From contig CBDCWI010000002.1 of NCBI GenBank assembly GCA_965223325.1, positions 4,320,001 to 4,384,000 of the forward strand: 64,000 nt of DNA, written 5' to 3'. The notes under the pieces were generated by a model. That model saw only the letters and a list, made by a program, of their open reading frames with translations, was not told where the DNA came from and ran no database searches. Both the position numbers and the translations under genes were made by a program. This stretch comes from Candidatus Multivoradales bacterium (GTDB lineage Bacteria > Acidobacteriota > Thermoanaerobaculia > Multivoradales > Multivoraceae). Below are positions 18,601-28,570 of this stretch, one piece after another (position 1 is the stretch's first letter; each line of letters begins with the position of its first letter).

Positions 18601-21171
18601 ATGTTCTCGTTGCTTCAGATGATCCCGAGAGGATCATCGACTTGCCCCCGCACGGTCGCCCTCGTCGTGGCCGTCCTACTCCTGCTGCTCAGTGCGCTGC
18701 CGGTTGGTGCACAACAGTCCATCGCCAGCCGCGCTATCGACGGTACGCCCAACTTCTGGAAGGGTGACCTGGGCCGGGTCGCGCCGCTGGTTGGCGAACC
18801 GGGCACCCGCGAAACCGACGCCGACTTCGAAGCCAGTGTGACGGCGTTCATCCACCAGTTCGTTGCGGAGAACCTGGGCGCCAGCGGGACCGAGGAGCTC
18901 CGCATCACCGATGTCGAGAAGGATGCGCTCGGCAACGCCCACGTTCGATTCGAAGAGTTCATCGGCGGACTCAGGGTCTTTGGCGCAGCACTCATGGTGC
19001 ATTCGGACGCTCTATCCGGCGTCGTGAGGGTGGTCAACGGTGACTTCGCCTCCGCGGCCGGAGTTCCCGACGCGGCGGCGCTCGATGCGCGTCGAGCGAT
19101 GCTCATGGCGATGAGCGAACTCGACGGCCAGGATGCCCATCGCATTGGCGGGCCGCGCCTTGGCTACGTCATCGCTCCTTCGGGCGAGGTCTTTTTGACC
19201 TGGAGACAGCTGGTCGAGTACGAGAAGGACGACTTCTTTCATCGCGATCTGCTGTTTGCGGATGCACAGACCGGTTCCCTGATCACCCGTCATCCGACGA
19301 TTCATCCGGTCAAGTCGTGGCGCACATACAACGGTCGTTCCTTGTCGTCACTGCCTGGAACGCTCGACTGCACCAACGACCAGTCTTGTTCGGACCAGGT
19401 GATTCAAGACGCGCACGACAACGCCGGCCTCGTGTGGGACTACTACAACGCCCAGTTCGGTCGCGATTCCCTCAACGACAACGGCTTCACGCTCATTTCG
19501 ACGGCGCATCACAGGAACAACTACAACAACGCCTTCTGGAACGGTTCTCAGATGGCCTACGGTGACGGCGACGGCGTGTTGTTCTCTCCGCTCGGAAGTG
19601 GCTTCGATGTTGTTGCGCATGAGCTGACCCACGGTGTGACGTCCTTCGAGTCCGACTTGATCTACCAGAACGAGTCAGGCGCTCTCAATGAGGCGCTCTC
19701 TGACATCTTTTCGGCAGCGGCTGAGGCCTGGCGTGACGGTGCGATCACCGACGACACCTGGAAGCTCGGCGAGGACATCTACACCCCGGCGACCGCTGGC
19801 GACGCGCTGCGCTACATGGACGACCCCACCGACGACGGTTCTTCCTACGACTACTGGCCGGAGCGCTACACCGGCAGTCAAGACAACGGTGGCGTGCACT
19901 GGAACTCTGGGATCGCCAACCTCGCCTTCTACCTGATGGTCGAAGGTGGAACGCACCCGCGCGGTAAGACCAGCGTCTCGGTTACCGGTTTTGGGATGGA
20001 CAAGGCGGAGCAGATCTTCTACCGCGCCCAGACCACCTATCTGACGGCGTCGTCGAACTTCGCTGCGGCGCGTGCCGCGACCGCCCAGGCTGCCGGGGAT
20101 CTCTACGGCGCGGCCGAGCAACAAACTGTCCACGACGCGTGGTGCGCTGTTGGGGTGCCGAACTGTCCGACGGATCCGCCCGATCCACCGTCAGGCGGTG
20201 AGCTCACCAAGGGTGTTGCGAAGACCGGCCTGTCGGGATCGACTAGCGATACCAAGTTCTTCTTCATCGACGTTCCGGCGAACGCGCAGGATCTGGTCTT
20301 CACCATGAGTGGCGGCTCTGGCGATGCCGACCTCTACGTGCGTCGCGGTTCTGAGCCAACAACAACCACGTACGATTGTCGGCCCTACAACAGCGGCAAC
20401 TCAGAGACCTGTTCCTTCGACGATCCCAGCGCGGCGCGCTATCACGTGATGGTGCGCGCCTACCGGACGTACTCCGGAGTGTCTCTCGTTGCCGACTACG
20501 AGACGGTGACGGATCCTCCCGATCCACCAGCGAGCAGTGAACTCGAGAACGGTGTCCCGCGCAGTGATCTCGACGGTGATCGGCTCAGTCAGCAGTTCTT
20601 CACCATCGAGGTTCCGACCAACGCGCGCGATCTCGCGGTGCAGTTGTCTGGGGGCTCCGGAGATGCAGACCTGTATCTGCGTCGTGGTTCCAAACCAACC
20701 ACCTCGAGCTACGACTGCCGTCCCTACAAGATTGGCAACAACGAGCTCTGTGAAGTGGCAGACCCGCAGGCCGGTACCTGGCACGTGATGCTGCGCGGCT
20801 ATTCGTCGTTCTCGAACACCACTCTGGTGGCGACCTGGGAGGACGGCGGTGATCCACCGGCCGGCTGCGACCCGCAGGTGGGGAGCGTTTCGGACCTGTC
20901 CGACTTCACAGGGGGCCAGAAGGTCTACACCTTCGAGGTCGACGATTGCGCCGAGCTGCTCGAGGTGACCATCTCGGGCGGGTCCGGGGACGCCGACCTG
21001 TACGTGCGCTTTGGGAGCCCACCGACGACGTCGAACTACCAGTGCCGCCCCTACAAGAGTGGCAACAACGAGTCCTGTGAGTTCGATGATCCACAGGCCG
21101 GCACCTGGTACCTGATGGTACGGGCTTACCGGACCTACAGTGGAGTGGACCTCGAGGCTAAGTACGAGTAA
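18601..21171 (+). CDS. M4 (thermolysin-like) metalloprotease with three C-terminal PPC domains
   Basis: NAFWNG, HELTH, GALNEALSD, GGVHWNSGIAN; three GGSGDADLYVR PPC repeats; RBS GGAGGAG before ATG 18601. Confidence 0.95.
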   Translation: MFSLLQMIPRGSSTCPRTVALVVAVLLLLLSALPVGAQQSIASRAIDGTPNFWKGDLGRVAPLVGEPGTRETDADFEASVTAFIHQFVAENLGASGTEELRITDVEKDALGNAHVRFEEFIGGLRVFGAALMVHSDALSGVVRVVNGDFASAAGVPDAAALDARRAMLMAMSELDGQDAHRIGGPRLGYVIAPSGEVFLTWRQLVEYEKDDFFHRDLLFADAQTGSLITRHPTIHPVKSWRTYNGRSLSSLPGTLDCTNDQSCSDQVIQDAHDNAGLVWDYYNAQFGRDSLNDNGFTLISTAHHRNNYNNAFWNGSQMAYGDGDGVLFSPLGSGFDVVAHELTHGVTSFESDLIYQNESGALNEALSDIFSAAAEAWRDGAITDDTWKLGEDIYTPATAGDALRYMDDPTDDGSSYDYWPERYTGSQDNGGVHWNSGIANLAFYLMVEGGTHPRGKTSVSVTGFGMDKAEQIFYRAQTTYLTASSNFAAARAATAQAAGDLYGAAEQQTVHDAWCAVGVPNCPTDPPDPPSGGELTKGVAKTGLSGSTSDTKFFFIDVPANAQDLVFTMSGGSGDADLYVRRGSEPTTTTYDCRPYNSGNSETCSFDDPSAARYHVMVRAYRTYSGVSLVADYETVTDPPDPPASSELENGVPRSDLDGDRLSQQFFTIEVPTNARDLAVQLSGGSGDADLYLRRGSKPTTSSYDCRPYKIGNNELCEVADPQAGTWHVMLRGYSSFSNTTLVATWEDGGDPPAGCDPQVGSVSDLSDFTGGQKVYTFEVDDCAELLEVTISGGSGDADLYVRFGSPPTTSNYQCRPYKSGNNESCEFDDPQAGTWYLMVRAYRTYSGVDLEAKYE

Positions 21172-21192
21172 CGACGCTCTGGTTGAATGACA

Positions 21193-21236
21193 AGAAGGCC
21201 GGCTCACCCTTGACGGGTGGCCGGCCTTTTCTCTTT
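21193..21236 (+). terminator. Rho-independent terminator, probably bidirectional
   Basis: AAGGCCGGC(T)CACCC-ttgac-GGGTGGCCGGCCTT followed by TTCTCTTT, between convergent genes. Confidence 0.8.
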
Positions 21237-21247
21237 CATGCCCTACC

Positions 21248-22108
21248 CTAACCCGGCGGCGAGGAAGGAGTCGCCTTCGGAGCCGGGACGCGACGACCGC
21301 CGGTGTGCTGCGGTGTTGGGCCCGTCGAGCGAGGGCGTTCGGGGGGAGCAGGGTCAGCCTTCGGAGCTTCGTCTCTCGGCCGAGGGCGGGGCTGGTGACG
21401 TCGCGGAGGCTGGCCGTTGTAGTAGGGCGGCGGGTAGAAACTCGGCGTCCAGATGTAGGAGACCGGAATGCCATTGCCTTGCGGTTCAGCACGTTCTTCG
21501 CGCGCCGCCTCACGTTCGATCTCGGCGAGGGCCAAGCGGTCTGCGCGATCGTTCTCGCGCGCCCGTTCTGCCGCTTCGATGGCCAGAATGCGCGCTCGCA
21601 TGTCGCGTGGGATCCACTCGCCACGAAAGAAGACCTCGCCGCGCAAAGCGTGCAGTTCATCCTTCGTCACCCAACGGTCTTCGAACAGCTGGTAGCCGAG
21701 CGAGCGGCGAGCCCTTGTGTGATCAGGATCGAGCTCGACCACCCGCTCGAGCAGGAGCCGAGCGAGTGTCGCGGCACCTTCTTCGCGGGCCTCGCCGGCG
21801 AGCAGAAAGATGTCCTCGGCGTCAGCGTCGGGGTTACTCTCGAGCCAGTCGGTGATGCGGGCTTCGGGTGTGAGGGTGCGCTCGATGCGGACGACGCGAG
21901 AAGCCGGGAAACGGAAGCTGCCGGCGAGCGAGGCGACCTCGACCTCACCGTTGGGCAACTCGCGTGCATCGCCCTCGAGGTAGTTGCCGTTGTCGAGCCA
22001 GACCTTGTCGGCGACCAGCGGTGAAGTGATGAAGCCGAGCGTTAGGGCGGCGACGACAAGGACCGAGCCACTCCGGCGTCTAGAGGGGCATGGGGTCTTC
22101 GGATTCAT
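21248..22108 (-). CDS. Hypothetical exported protein
   Basis: Signal peptide, ADKVWLDNGNYLEG, DPDHTRARRSLGY..DRWV, Pro-rich tail; RBS GGAG before ATG 22108. Confidence 0.75.
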   Translation of the reverse strand: MNPKTPCPSRRRSGSVLVVAALTLGFITSPLVADKVWLDNGNYLEGDARELPNGEVEVASLAGSFRFPASRVVRIERTLTPEARITDWLESNPDADAEDIFLLAGEAREEGAATLARLLLERVVELDPDHTRARRSLGYQLFEDRWVTKDELHALRGEVFFRGEWIPRDMRARILAIEAAERARENDRADRLALAEIEREAAREERAEPQGNGIPVSYIWTPSFYPPPYYNGQPPRRHQPRPRPRDEAPKADPAPPERPRSTGPTPQHTGGRRVPAPKATPSSPPG

Positions 22109-22219
22109 CACAAACTCCAAACGAGGGTTAGATTGTTTTGGGTGCTCGGCAGGGGAACGGTTGGGTGTCTCTCCCTATTCCGCCTGCCAGGGAAAACTTC
22201 GAGAGTGAGCTCCCGCTGA

Positions 22220-23065
22220 TCAGACCAGTTGCCACTCCCTCTCCATGACCTCCGTCGCGGTGTCGCCGCGCACCAGGCCGTCTTCTTCGAGGGCAACCAG
22301 GTGAGCGTGGAGAGAAAACTGCGCTGCCGGGTGGAGTTGAGGGTCTACGTCGGCGTAGATGGTGCGCACCATCGTGGGAATCGTCTGGGCGCCGGTCTGG
22401 AGGACCTCGAGTGCCTGCTGGGTTCGCAGGAGACGGTGTTCCTTGAGCTCTTGCGTGCGTGCCATGGGAGCGGTCAGTGCCTTGCCGTGGGCTGGGTGGA
22501 ACGTGTCATGGCCGAGCTCGAGCAGGCGATCGAGGGAAGCCATGTACTGATTCAGGTTGCCTTCGGGCGGCGCAATGATGGTCGTTGCCCAGTCCATGAC
22601 GATATCGCCAGAGAACAGCGTCTTCCCGTCGTCGAGCTGGTAGGCGCAGTGGTCCTCCGTGTGACCGGGGGTATGGAGTGCCAGCAGCGACACCGAGGGT
22701 GCCTCCAGAGTCTCGCCGTCATGAACGATGTGATCAGGGGTGTAGCCAGCGCTCTTGGCGAAGCCAAACGTGGGCGCGTCGTAGTGTTGACCGAGTCGTG
22801 TGGCCATTGGCCAATGGTCGGGGTGGGCGTGCGTCGGAATCAAACCGGCGACGGGCTTGTCCCCGACGGCGCGGGTAATCGCTTCGAAGTGCTGGTCGCT
22901 GTCTTCACCGGGCTCGAGGATAAACAGCGCCGCTTCGCCGACCAGAAAGGTGTTGGTACCCGGTCCGGTGAAAAGCCCGGGGTTCCTCTGGGTGATGCGC
23001 ACGATTCGCTCATGCAGCTGCAGGCATCGGCCGTACTCGATGTCGCTTTCGAGGTTGGGCGCCAC
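22220..23065 (-). CDS. MBL-fold metallo-hydrolase (LACTB2-like)
   Basis: NPGLFTGPGTN, THAHPDH, HTPGHT, FSGD, PAHG; C-terminal winged-helix-like region. Confidence 0.93.
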   Translation of the reverse strand: MAPNLESDIEYGRCLQLHERIVRITQRNPGLFTGPGTNTFLVGEAALFILEPGEDSDQHFEAITRAVGDKPVAGLIPTHAHPDHWPMATRLGQHYDAPTFGFAKSAGYTPDHIVHDGETLEAPSVSLLALHTPGHTEDHCAYQLDDGKTLFSGDIVMDWATTIIAPPEGNLNQYMASLDRLLELGHDTFHPAHGKALTAPMARTQELKEHRLLRTQQALEVLQTGAQTIPTMVRTIYADVDPQLHPAAQFSLHAHLVALEEDGLVRGDTATEVMEREWQLV

Positions 23066-23067
23066 CT

Positions 23068-23985
23068 CTAGGGCTCACCGGCCGTGGAGGTCGAGGCCGG
23101 CCATCCCCAGCCGCTCGCACGTAGGGCGCGGTATTCATCTGCCCAGGCAAACCAGATGTCACCCCGCATGCTGGCCGGCACGTCTGGCGCTTCGTCGTAG
23201 CCCTTGTCACCCGGCAGCACCACCTGGGCGTTGCCGTCGGCCTCCAGCACCTTGGGCTGGTTGGCAGGGTGGTTCGAGATGGCGCGCGCCGCCTGGATTG
23301 CTGCCTCCGCAGTCTTGTGTTCGCCGAGCTGGATCAAGTTCTTGACGGTGGGGAAGATGATCATCCACTCACGCGCGGCACCCTTGTCCAGCGCCTCGAC
23401 CGGCGTCACCCATGCCGAGTCGGTCAGTTCCCAGTCGTCGTGGGCGGCGGTTTGTGAGGCGGGAGCGAGGGCGGCGAAGAAGCGCGTGTCGTAGCGCCGT
23501 GGTTGGCCGGCCGGAGTGATCCAGTGCGACCAATAGACGATGCGGTCGGTCGCCAGCTTGAGTTGCTCCTGCTCGGCGATCTGACGGAGCGTGGTGGCAC
23601 CTCCGTTGAGCCGCTGGCGAAGTTCCTTGTACTTCTCCTCGACGGCTTCTTCCGAGAAATCGAGCAGCTCGCCGCTCTGATCGTAGGCTAGAAGAACGCC
23701 GGCTTCCTCGAAGCACTCGCGAATCGCAGCCACCCAGAAGGCCAGACCGCCACTCTCGATTCCCAGGCGCTTGGACGCAACGTCGTCGCACAGGCCATCG
23801 CAGAGCTCTTCGATCTCGGAGTCTTCGGGGTCGACTGCGCCTCCTGGAAAAACGTAGGCGCCGCCCACGAAGTCGGACTTGATGTGGCGCCGCTCCATGA
23901 AGACCTCGAGGTTCGCGGCGCCGTCGCGCAGCAAGAGCACTGTGGCCGCCAGCCGCATCGGTTTCTCCGGAGTGGAGCTGCTCAC
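23068..23985 (-). CDS. NUDIX hydrolase (NUDT19-like)
   Basis: AATVLLLRD, VFPGGAVDPED, AAIRECFEEAG, HWITP..RRYDTRFF. Confidence 0.93.
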   Translation of the reverse strand: MSSSTPEKPMRLAATVLLLRDGAANLEVFMERRHIKSDFVGGAYVFPGGAVDPEDSEIEELCDGLCDDVASKRLGIESGGLAFWVAAIRECFEEAGVLLAYDQSGELLDFSEEAVEEKYKELRQRLNGGATTLRQIAEQEQLKLATDRIVYWSHWITPAGQPRRYDTRFFAALAPASQTAAHDDWELTDSAWVTPVEALDKGAAREWMIIFPTVKNLIQLGEHKTAEAAIQAARAISNHPANQPKVLEADGNAQVVLPGDKGYDEAPDVPASMRGDIWFAWADEYRALRASGWGWPASTSTAGEP

Positions 23986-23986
23986 T

Positions 23987-25357
23987 TCAGTTCACCGTCT
24001 TTTCGGGCTCGCCGCCATCGAGCTCCCAGATCAAGGCGTCCGAGGCGGGCCGTTCGGCTTGTAGCTTCCAGCTCACCCGTTCGGCTTCGCGCAAGGCGCG
24101 CAAGAGGTTCCCGCCGGCGATCTTCTGGAGGTCGTCATCGCTGTAGCCGCGCCGGACGAGTTCTACGAACAGGTCGGGGATCCGGCTTACGTCTTCTAGC
24201 CCTTGGGGCACGCTGCTGATGCCATCGAAGTCTGAACCGATTCCGACATGATCGATACCGGCCACGTTGCGGATGTGGTCGATGTGGTCCGCAGCATCCT
24301 GGAGCGTCGCGGGCGGAATGTCCTGCGTCGCAGCGAAGGCGCGCAACGCCTCGCGGATCTCGTCTTCGTCGTCGAGTTCCTTCTGCAGGCGGCGTCGCTC
24401 ACGAACGATCACGTTCGAGCCCGTGCGGTTGGCCTCTGAGATGAACGAAGGGACGAACGTGACCATGACGACGCCACCGTTCTCGGGCATCCGTTCGAGA
24501 ATCCCGTCGGGAACGTTGCGGGGGTGGTTGGTCACGCCGCGCGCCGAGGAGTGCGAGAAGATGATCGGCGCTTCGGTCACGTCAAGGACGTCGTTCATGG
24601 TGTCGGGCGAGACGTGCGAGAGATCGACCAGCATTCCCATGCGGTTCATCTCCCGCACCACTTCGGTGCCGAATTCGGTCAGGCCGCCGTGTTCAGGCTC
24701 GTCGGTGGCCGAGTCGGCCCAGGCGACGTTCGAGGAGTGAGTCAACGTCATGTAGCGCGCGCCAGCACGATAGAGCTGGCGTAAGACGCCGAGCGAGTTC
24801 TCCATCGAGTGGCCACCCTCCATGCCGATGAGCGAGGCGATGCGTCCGGCGGCGTGGGCGCGGGTGATGTCGGCGCTGGAGAGGGCGAGTTCGAGGTGTT
24901 CCGGGTAGCGCTCGACCAGGCGGTGCACGACGTCGATCTGTTCGAGGACAGCCCGGGCAGCTCCCGGACCGTCGAGACTGGCGGGGATATAGACCGACCA
25001 GAACTGCCCACCGATTCCACTGGCGGCGAGCCGCGCCAGGTCGGTGTGCATTGGCGGGTCGAGCGCGGTGGTGTCTTTGAAGTCGATCTGGCCGAGATGG
25101 TTGTTGAGGCGCTCGTGAAAGGTCCAGGGGACGTCGTTGTGGCCGTCGATCAGGGGAACCTCCGCGAGCAGTTGGAGCACATGCTCGCGCGTGGCGCGCT
25201 GGGGCGCGTCCTCGGCCAGACAGCTGGTTGCGACCAGTACGAGGATGGCGAGGAGCACAGTGGGTGTTGTCGCACCCGTCCGGCGTAGCGTTTTGAGTGA
25301 GCGGCATCTACGTGCCCTGCGACCCTGCGTGGCCTCGACGAGGCTCGACATTTTCAT
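23987..25357 (-). CDS. Membrane dipeptidase (peptidase M19)
   Basis: DGHND, GMEGGH, YMTLTH, VDLSH, FSHS, GIGSDFDG; RBS GGAG before ATG 25357. Confidence 0.95.
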   Translation of the reverse strand: MKMSSLVEATQGRRARRCRSLKTLRRTGATTPTVLLAILVLVATSCLAEDAPQRATREHVLQLLAEVPLIDGHNDVPWTFHERLNNHLGQIDFKDTTALDPPMHTDLARLAASGIGGQFWSVYIPASLDGPGAARAVLEQIDVVHRLVERYPEHLELALSSADITRAHAAGRIASLIGMEGGHSMENSLGVLRQLYRAGARYMTLTHSSNVAWADSATDEPEHGGLTEFGTEVVREMNRMGMLVDLSHVSPDTMNDVLDVTEAPIIFSHSSARGVTNHPRNVPDGILERMPENGGVVMVTFVPSFISEANRTGSNVIVRERRRLQKELDDEDEIREALRAFAATQDIPPATLQDAADHIDHIRNVAGIDHVGIGSDFDGISSVPQGLEDVSRIPDLFVELVRRGYSDDDLQKIAGGNLLRALREAERVSWKLQAERPASDALIWELDGGEPEKTVN

Positions 25358-25410
25358 CGATCTCTCCAGCGTGAATTGCTGGAGGATGATACCCAACCTC
25401 GGAGCGCGCG

Positions 25411-25443
25411 AAAGAAGGGGCCCTTGTCGATAGGGCCCCTTCT
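25411..25443 (-). terminator. Rho-independent terminator after the M56 gene
   Basis: Perfect 12-bp stem AGAAGGGGCCCT-N7-AGGGCCCCTTCT, ending UUCUUU on the minus strand. Confidence 0.7.
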
Positions 25444-25459
25444 CTCCTCCCAACTTTTT

Positions 25460-27673
25460 CTATAGGCCGTCGTCCTCGGCTCGCTGGCGCGCCTCTTCGA
25501 GTGCCTTCAAGGCATCCTCCAGCGCCTTTCGTTCAAGCTCGCGCTGCAGCGCGATTTCCTGGCTGGCCCGCTCGAGGCTCTCCTTCACCTCTTGCCTGAG
25601 CGACTCTCGGGCTGCGGCGTCCATTGCTCGGAACTCCCTTTCCTCGCCTGCGAGTCGTTCCTGGATCTCGCGCCTAGCGTTGGCCATCGCTTCGTCGAGT
25701 TGCTCTCGGCGTGCCTCGTGCTGCTCCTTGAGTTCCCGGCGTTGCGCCTCGAACTGCCGTCTCCGCGCCTCATGCCGGCGCTCGGCCTCGCGCCGAGCCC
25801 GTTGGCCTTCCAGCCGGAGGGCGCGGCTGCGCTCGCGGTCTCGCTGGGCACGGGCTTCCCTGCGTGCGGTATTGCGAAGTCGGTGAGCCGCAGTCGGGTC
25901 GCCGTCGATCAACTCCTCGAGGTCGCCGCGCAGCGATTCCAGGTCTTCGAGCAGGTCCTGGCGTTCATCGGGGGCGAGACTCTGCCCTTCTTCGAGGCGT
26001 TGGCGCAGCTGCGTTTCCATGCGCTCGAGTGCGGCCAGTGCTTCGAAGAGAGCCTTGGGATGGACGACCTCTTCGGGAAGCGGTGGCGCTGCGGCGAGCT
26101 GCGGCAGGAGAGCGGGTAGCGCGGCGACTCGCGGCGGTGGCGGCGAGGCTAGGAACGTTCGCGGGAGCCGCGCGACGCGCTCGCGTGGTTTCCTGGGCTC
26201 GGTGATTGGAACCAGGGCCCCATCTTCACCGACCACCAGTCTGCGAACTCCCAGGTCGCCCGGGCGAACGGGGGTTGGTCCAGGCGGCGATGGGAGTGGG
26301 ACCTCTTGCAGGACGGGAAACGCCGGAACCGGTGCCAGAGCCGGAGTCGGGCGAACGGCCGGTGTGGGGGCGACCCTCGGTGTCCCCGGTACGACGGGCG
26401 TGCGTGCCGTGATCGGCGTCGGGGGGGTGGGCGCTGTCGGTACCGTGGCCGGTGTGCTGAGGGTGGGCGGTGGGGTAGCGGGCACCGCCGGCGACGGGGC
26501 AGTGGGTGCGACGGTGGGCTCCTGCGCGTCTTCTGCTGGCGTGGCCTCCTGCGCTGGAGAACCGCCCGCAGTTGCAGCGACGGGTTCCATGACGGCCAGC
26601 GCAACGAGGCCGGCAGCAAGTGCGAGGGGGAGGAACCAGGCCGCACGCGAGCGGTCGAGTGGCAGCGGGTCGAGAATGCGGTTCATACGGGTCTCCAGTT
26701 GGCTGGGCCGGCCAGGGTTCGTGGGTCGGGGATCGCCCAGAATGGACATGGTGGGTTGGAGGTGTGGGTTGGCCGAGCCGCCTGCCGCGCGAGCCAGCTC
26801 GAGCAGCGTGCGGGCATAGGCGCTCGGCCGGGCGCCACCAGCGATGACGGCCTCATCGGTCGCGCGTTCCTGTTCGAGGTGCAGTTGTTTGAACGACACC
26901 CAGACCAGTGGGTGGAACCACCACAGCGAACACACGATGCGGGCCAGGGTGCGCCAGTACCAGTCGTTGTGGACGACGTGAGTCAGCTCGTGCAGGAGCA
27001 CGACCTCGCGGCGCTCCGCCGACCAGGAATGCGCATCTCGAGGCAGACCGATGGTCGGACGACGGTGTCCCCAGGTGGCGGGCAGCTTGAACTGCTCGCC
27101 CTCGATCAGGTCGACCTCGCGACGGAGTGCCAGGCGCTCGCCAAGGACAGCGAGGCAGCGCAGCCAGCGGGGCTCGACCAGGGCGATGGCGTTTCGGAGA
27201 CGACGGCCGAGCTCGCGATGCGCCGAGAGTTGGCGACCGGCAGTACAGGCGAAACCGGTGAACCAGAGGCTGACCAGCGTCAAGAACAAAACAACCGGTG
27301 CCCGAACCGCGGCGGTACCTTCGCTGGCGCTCGCAACAGGGTTGGACGGTTGAGATGCCAGCGCCGCCGGCGCTCTGAGAGCCGGGGCGGTGGCTACTGC
27401 CCTGGTGACGGTTTCGACCTGGACGATCGTCGCGGTGGACGGTGCTCTGAGGACCGGCAGCTCGACACGCGGTCCGAACAAGTAGAGAGCGGGGAGCGCG
27501 AGCAGCGCGACGAAGCTCCACGCGAGCACTCGGACGCGCCAGCGAGCAGGAGCGCCTCTCAAGGTCCACGTGGCAAGAAGCGTCGCCAGAAGGCATGCGG
27601 TGGCAAGCAGGACAACCTGGGCGATGGGCAGCCCACTCGACTGGGCCAGGAACCGCTGCAGGAGCGTCGTCAT
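25460..27673 (-). CDS. BlaR1-type M56 metallopeptidase with Pro-rich linker and coiled-coil C-terminus
   Basis: TM segments, LLHELTH, WFHPLVW, EQERATDEAV; directly follows a BlaI-family gene. Confidence 0.9.
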   Translation of the reverse strand: MTTLLQRFLAQSSGLPIAQVVLLATACLLATLLATWTLRGAPARWRVRVLAWSFVALLALPALYLFGPRVELPVLRAPSTATIVQVETVTRAVATAPALRAPAALASQPSNPVASASEGTAAVRAPVVLFLTLVSLWFTGFACTAGRQLSAHRELGRRLRNAIALVEPRWLRCLAVLGERLALRREVDLIEGEQFKLPATWGHRRPTIGLPRDAHSWSAERREVVLLHELTHVVHNDWYWRTLARIVCSLWWFHPLVWVSFKQLHLEQERATDEAVIAGGARPSAYARTLLELARAAGGSANPHLQPTMSILGDPRPTNPGRPSQLETRMNRILDPLPLDRSRAAWFLPLALAAGLVALAVMEPVAATAGGSPAQEATPAEDAQEPTVAPTAPSPAVPATPPPTLSTPATVPTAPTPPTPITARTPVVPGTPRVAPTPAVRPTPALAPVPAFPVLQEVPLPSPPGPTPVRPGDLGVRRLVVGEDGALVPITEPRKPRERVARLPRTFLASPPPPRVAALPALLPQLAAAPPLPEEVVHPKALFEALAALERMETQLRQRLEEGQSLAPDERQDLLEDLESLRGDLEELIDGDPTAAHRLRNTARREARAQRDRERSRALRLEGQRARREAERRHEARRRQFEAQRRELKEQHEARREQLDEAMANARREIQERLAGEEREFRAMDAAARESLRQEVKESLERASQEIALQRELERKALEDALKALEEARQRAEDDGL

Positions 27674-28065
27674 CAGCGACCCTCCCGCCGTGCCTCTTCA
27701 ATGCGCTCGGACAGCCGGTCGTACTCCTCGGGGCTCAGACCGTCTTGCTCGAGGTCGAGCAGTGCGGCAACCGCCTGTTCGGCGGAGCCATCGAAGAACG
27801 TTGCCATCAAGTGCCTGAGCGCTGAGTCGCGCGCCTGATCGGTGGGGACGGTGGCACGGTAGACATAGCGAGGGCCATCGTGCTCATGCTCGAGATGACC
27901 TTTCTCGACCAGGATTCGAAGCAGGGCACGTACGCCCGAGTACGACGGCGGGTTTTCGATCTCATCGCGAATCTCGGCGGCGGTGGCCTGACCGCGTCTC
28001 CAGATGACGTTCATGATCTGACGCTCGCGGCGGCTGAGGGGAGGCGGGGAATCGGTGGGTTTCAT
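27673..28065 (-). CDS. BlaI/MecI/CopY family transcriptional repressor
   Basis: LSRRERQIM.VIW, PSYSGVRALLRILVEKG, FFDGS. Confidence 0.95.
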   Translation of the reverse strand: MKPTDSPPPLSRRERQIMNVIWRRGQATAAEIRDEIENPPSYSGVRALLRILVEKGHLEHEHDGPRYVYRATVPTDQARDSALRHLMATFFDGSAEQAVAALLDLEQDGLSPEEYDRLSERIEEARREGR

Positions 28066-28120
28066 GGCGAATGTGCTCTTTCAAAGGTGGCGGCTCTCTT
28101 ACCCTCGAGGAGGGTGTGCC

Positions 28121-28147
28121 GGTTTTTTAGCATAGTGCTAGAAAACC
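28121..28147. promoter_or_regulatory. Palindromic operator, probable BlaI-family binding site
   Basis: GGTTTTTTAGCA-tag-TGCTAGAAAACC (11/12 arm match), about 55 nt upstream of the repressor start. Confidence 0.65.
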
Positions 28148-28243
28148 TGCAAGGGGTAGAAGCCTCGGGCGGCGGAACACCGGTTCCGCGATACCATCCC
28201 GCCTCTCGGTGCACCCGCGCGCCGCCAAGGAGCCTCGCCGCCG

Positions 28244-28570
28244 GTGGAAAGACAGGTCGAACAAGAGGTCAGCGCCTACGACACCGTCGAGTGGAAGATC
28301 GGGTGGACGGGCGCTTCCTGGCTGTCCTTTGGCTTTGTGATGTTGTTCTTCTTCGGCATCGGATACCTCTACCGTTGGCGGCCTGACTTCTTCTTTTGGC
28401 TCCGGGCGGTCCTCCTGGTCTTTCCGACCGTGTCGGCTTTCGGAGTCTTTGCTGCCTGGAGAGCGACCAGAGGCCGGAAGGGCGGTCCGACGGCTCGCCT
28501 CGCCGGCCTGGCCAACGCCACGGTCCTCGCCAGCTGCATCCTGGCCCTCCTATGGACGATCGTCCGGTGA
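28244..28570 (+). CDS. Small 3-TM membrane protein
   Basis: Three hydrophobic segments; GTGA overlap with the next gene. Confidence 0.65.
   Translation: MERQVEQEVSAYDTVEWKIGWTGASWLSFGFVMLFFFGIGYLYRWRPDFFFWLRAVLLVFPTVSAFGVFAAWRATRGRKGGPTARLAGLANATVLASCILALLWTIVR

Noticed and set aside
26306-27838. Long antisense or alternate-frame ORFs (also 15927..17351, 44284..45783, 13121..14314)
   Set aside because: Shadow ORFs of well-supported genes in high-GC DNA, with no motifs.
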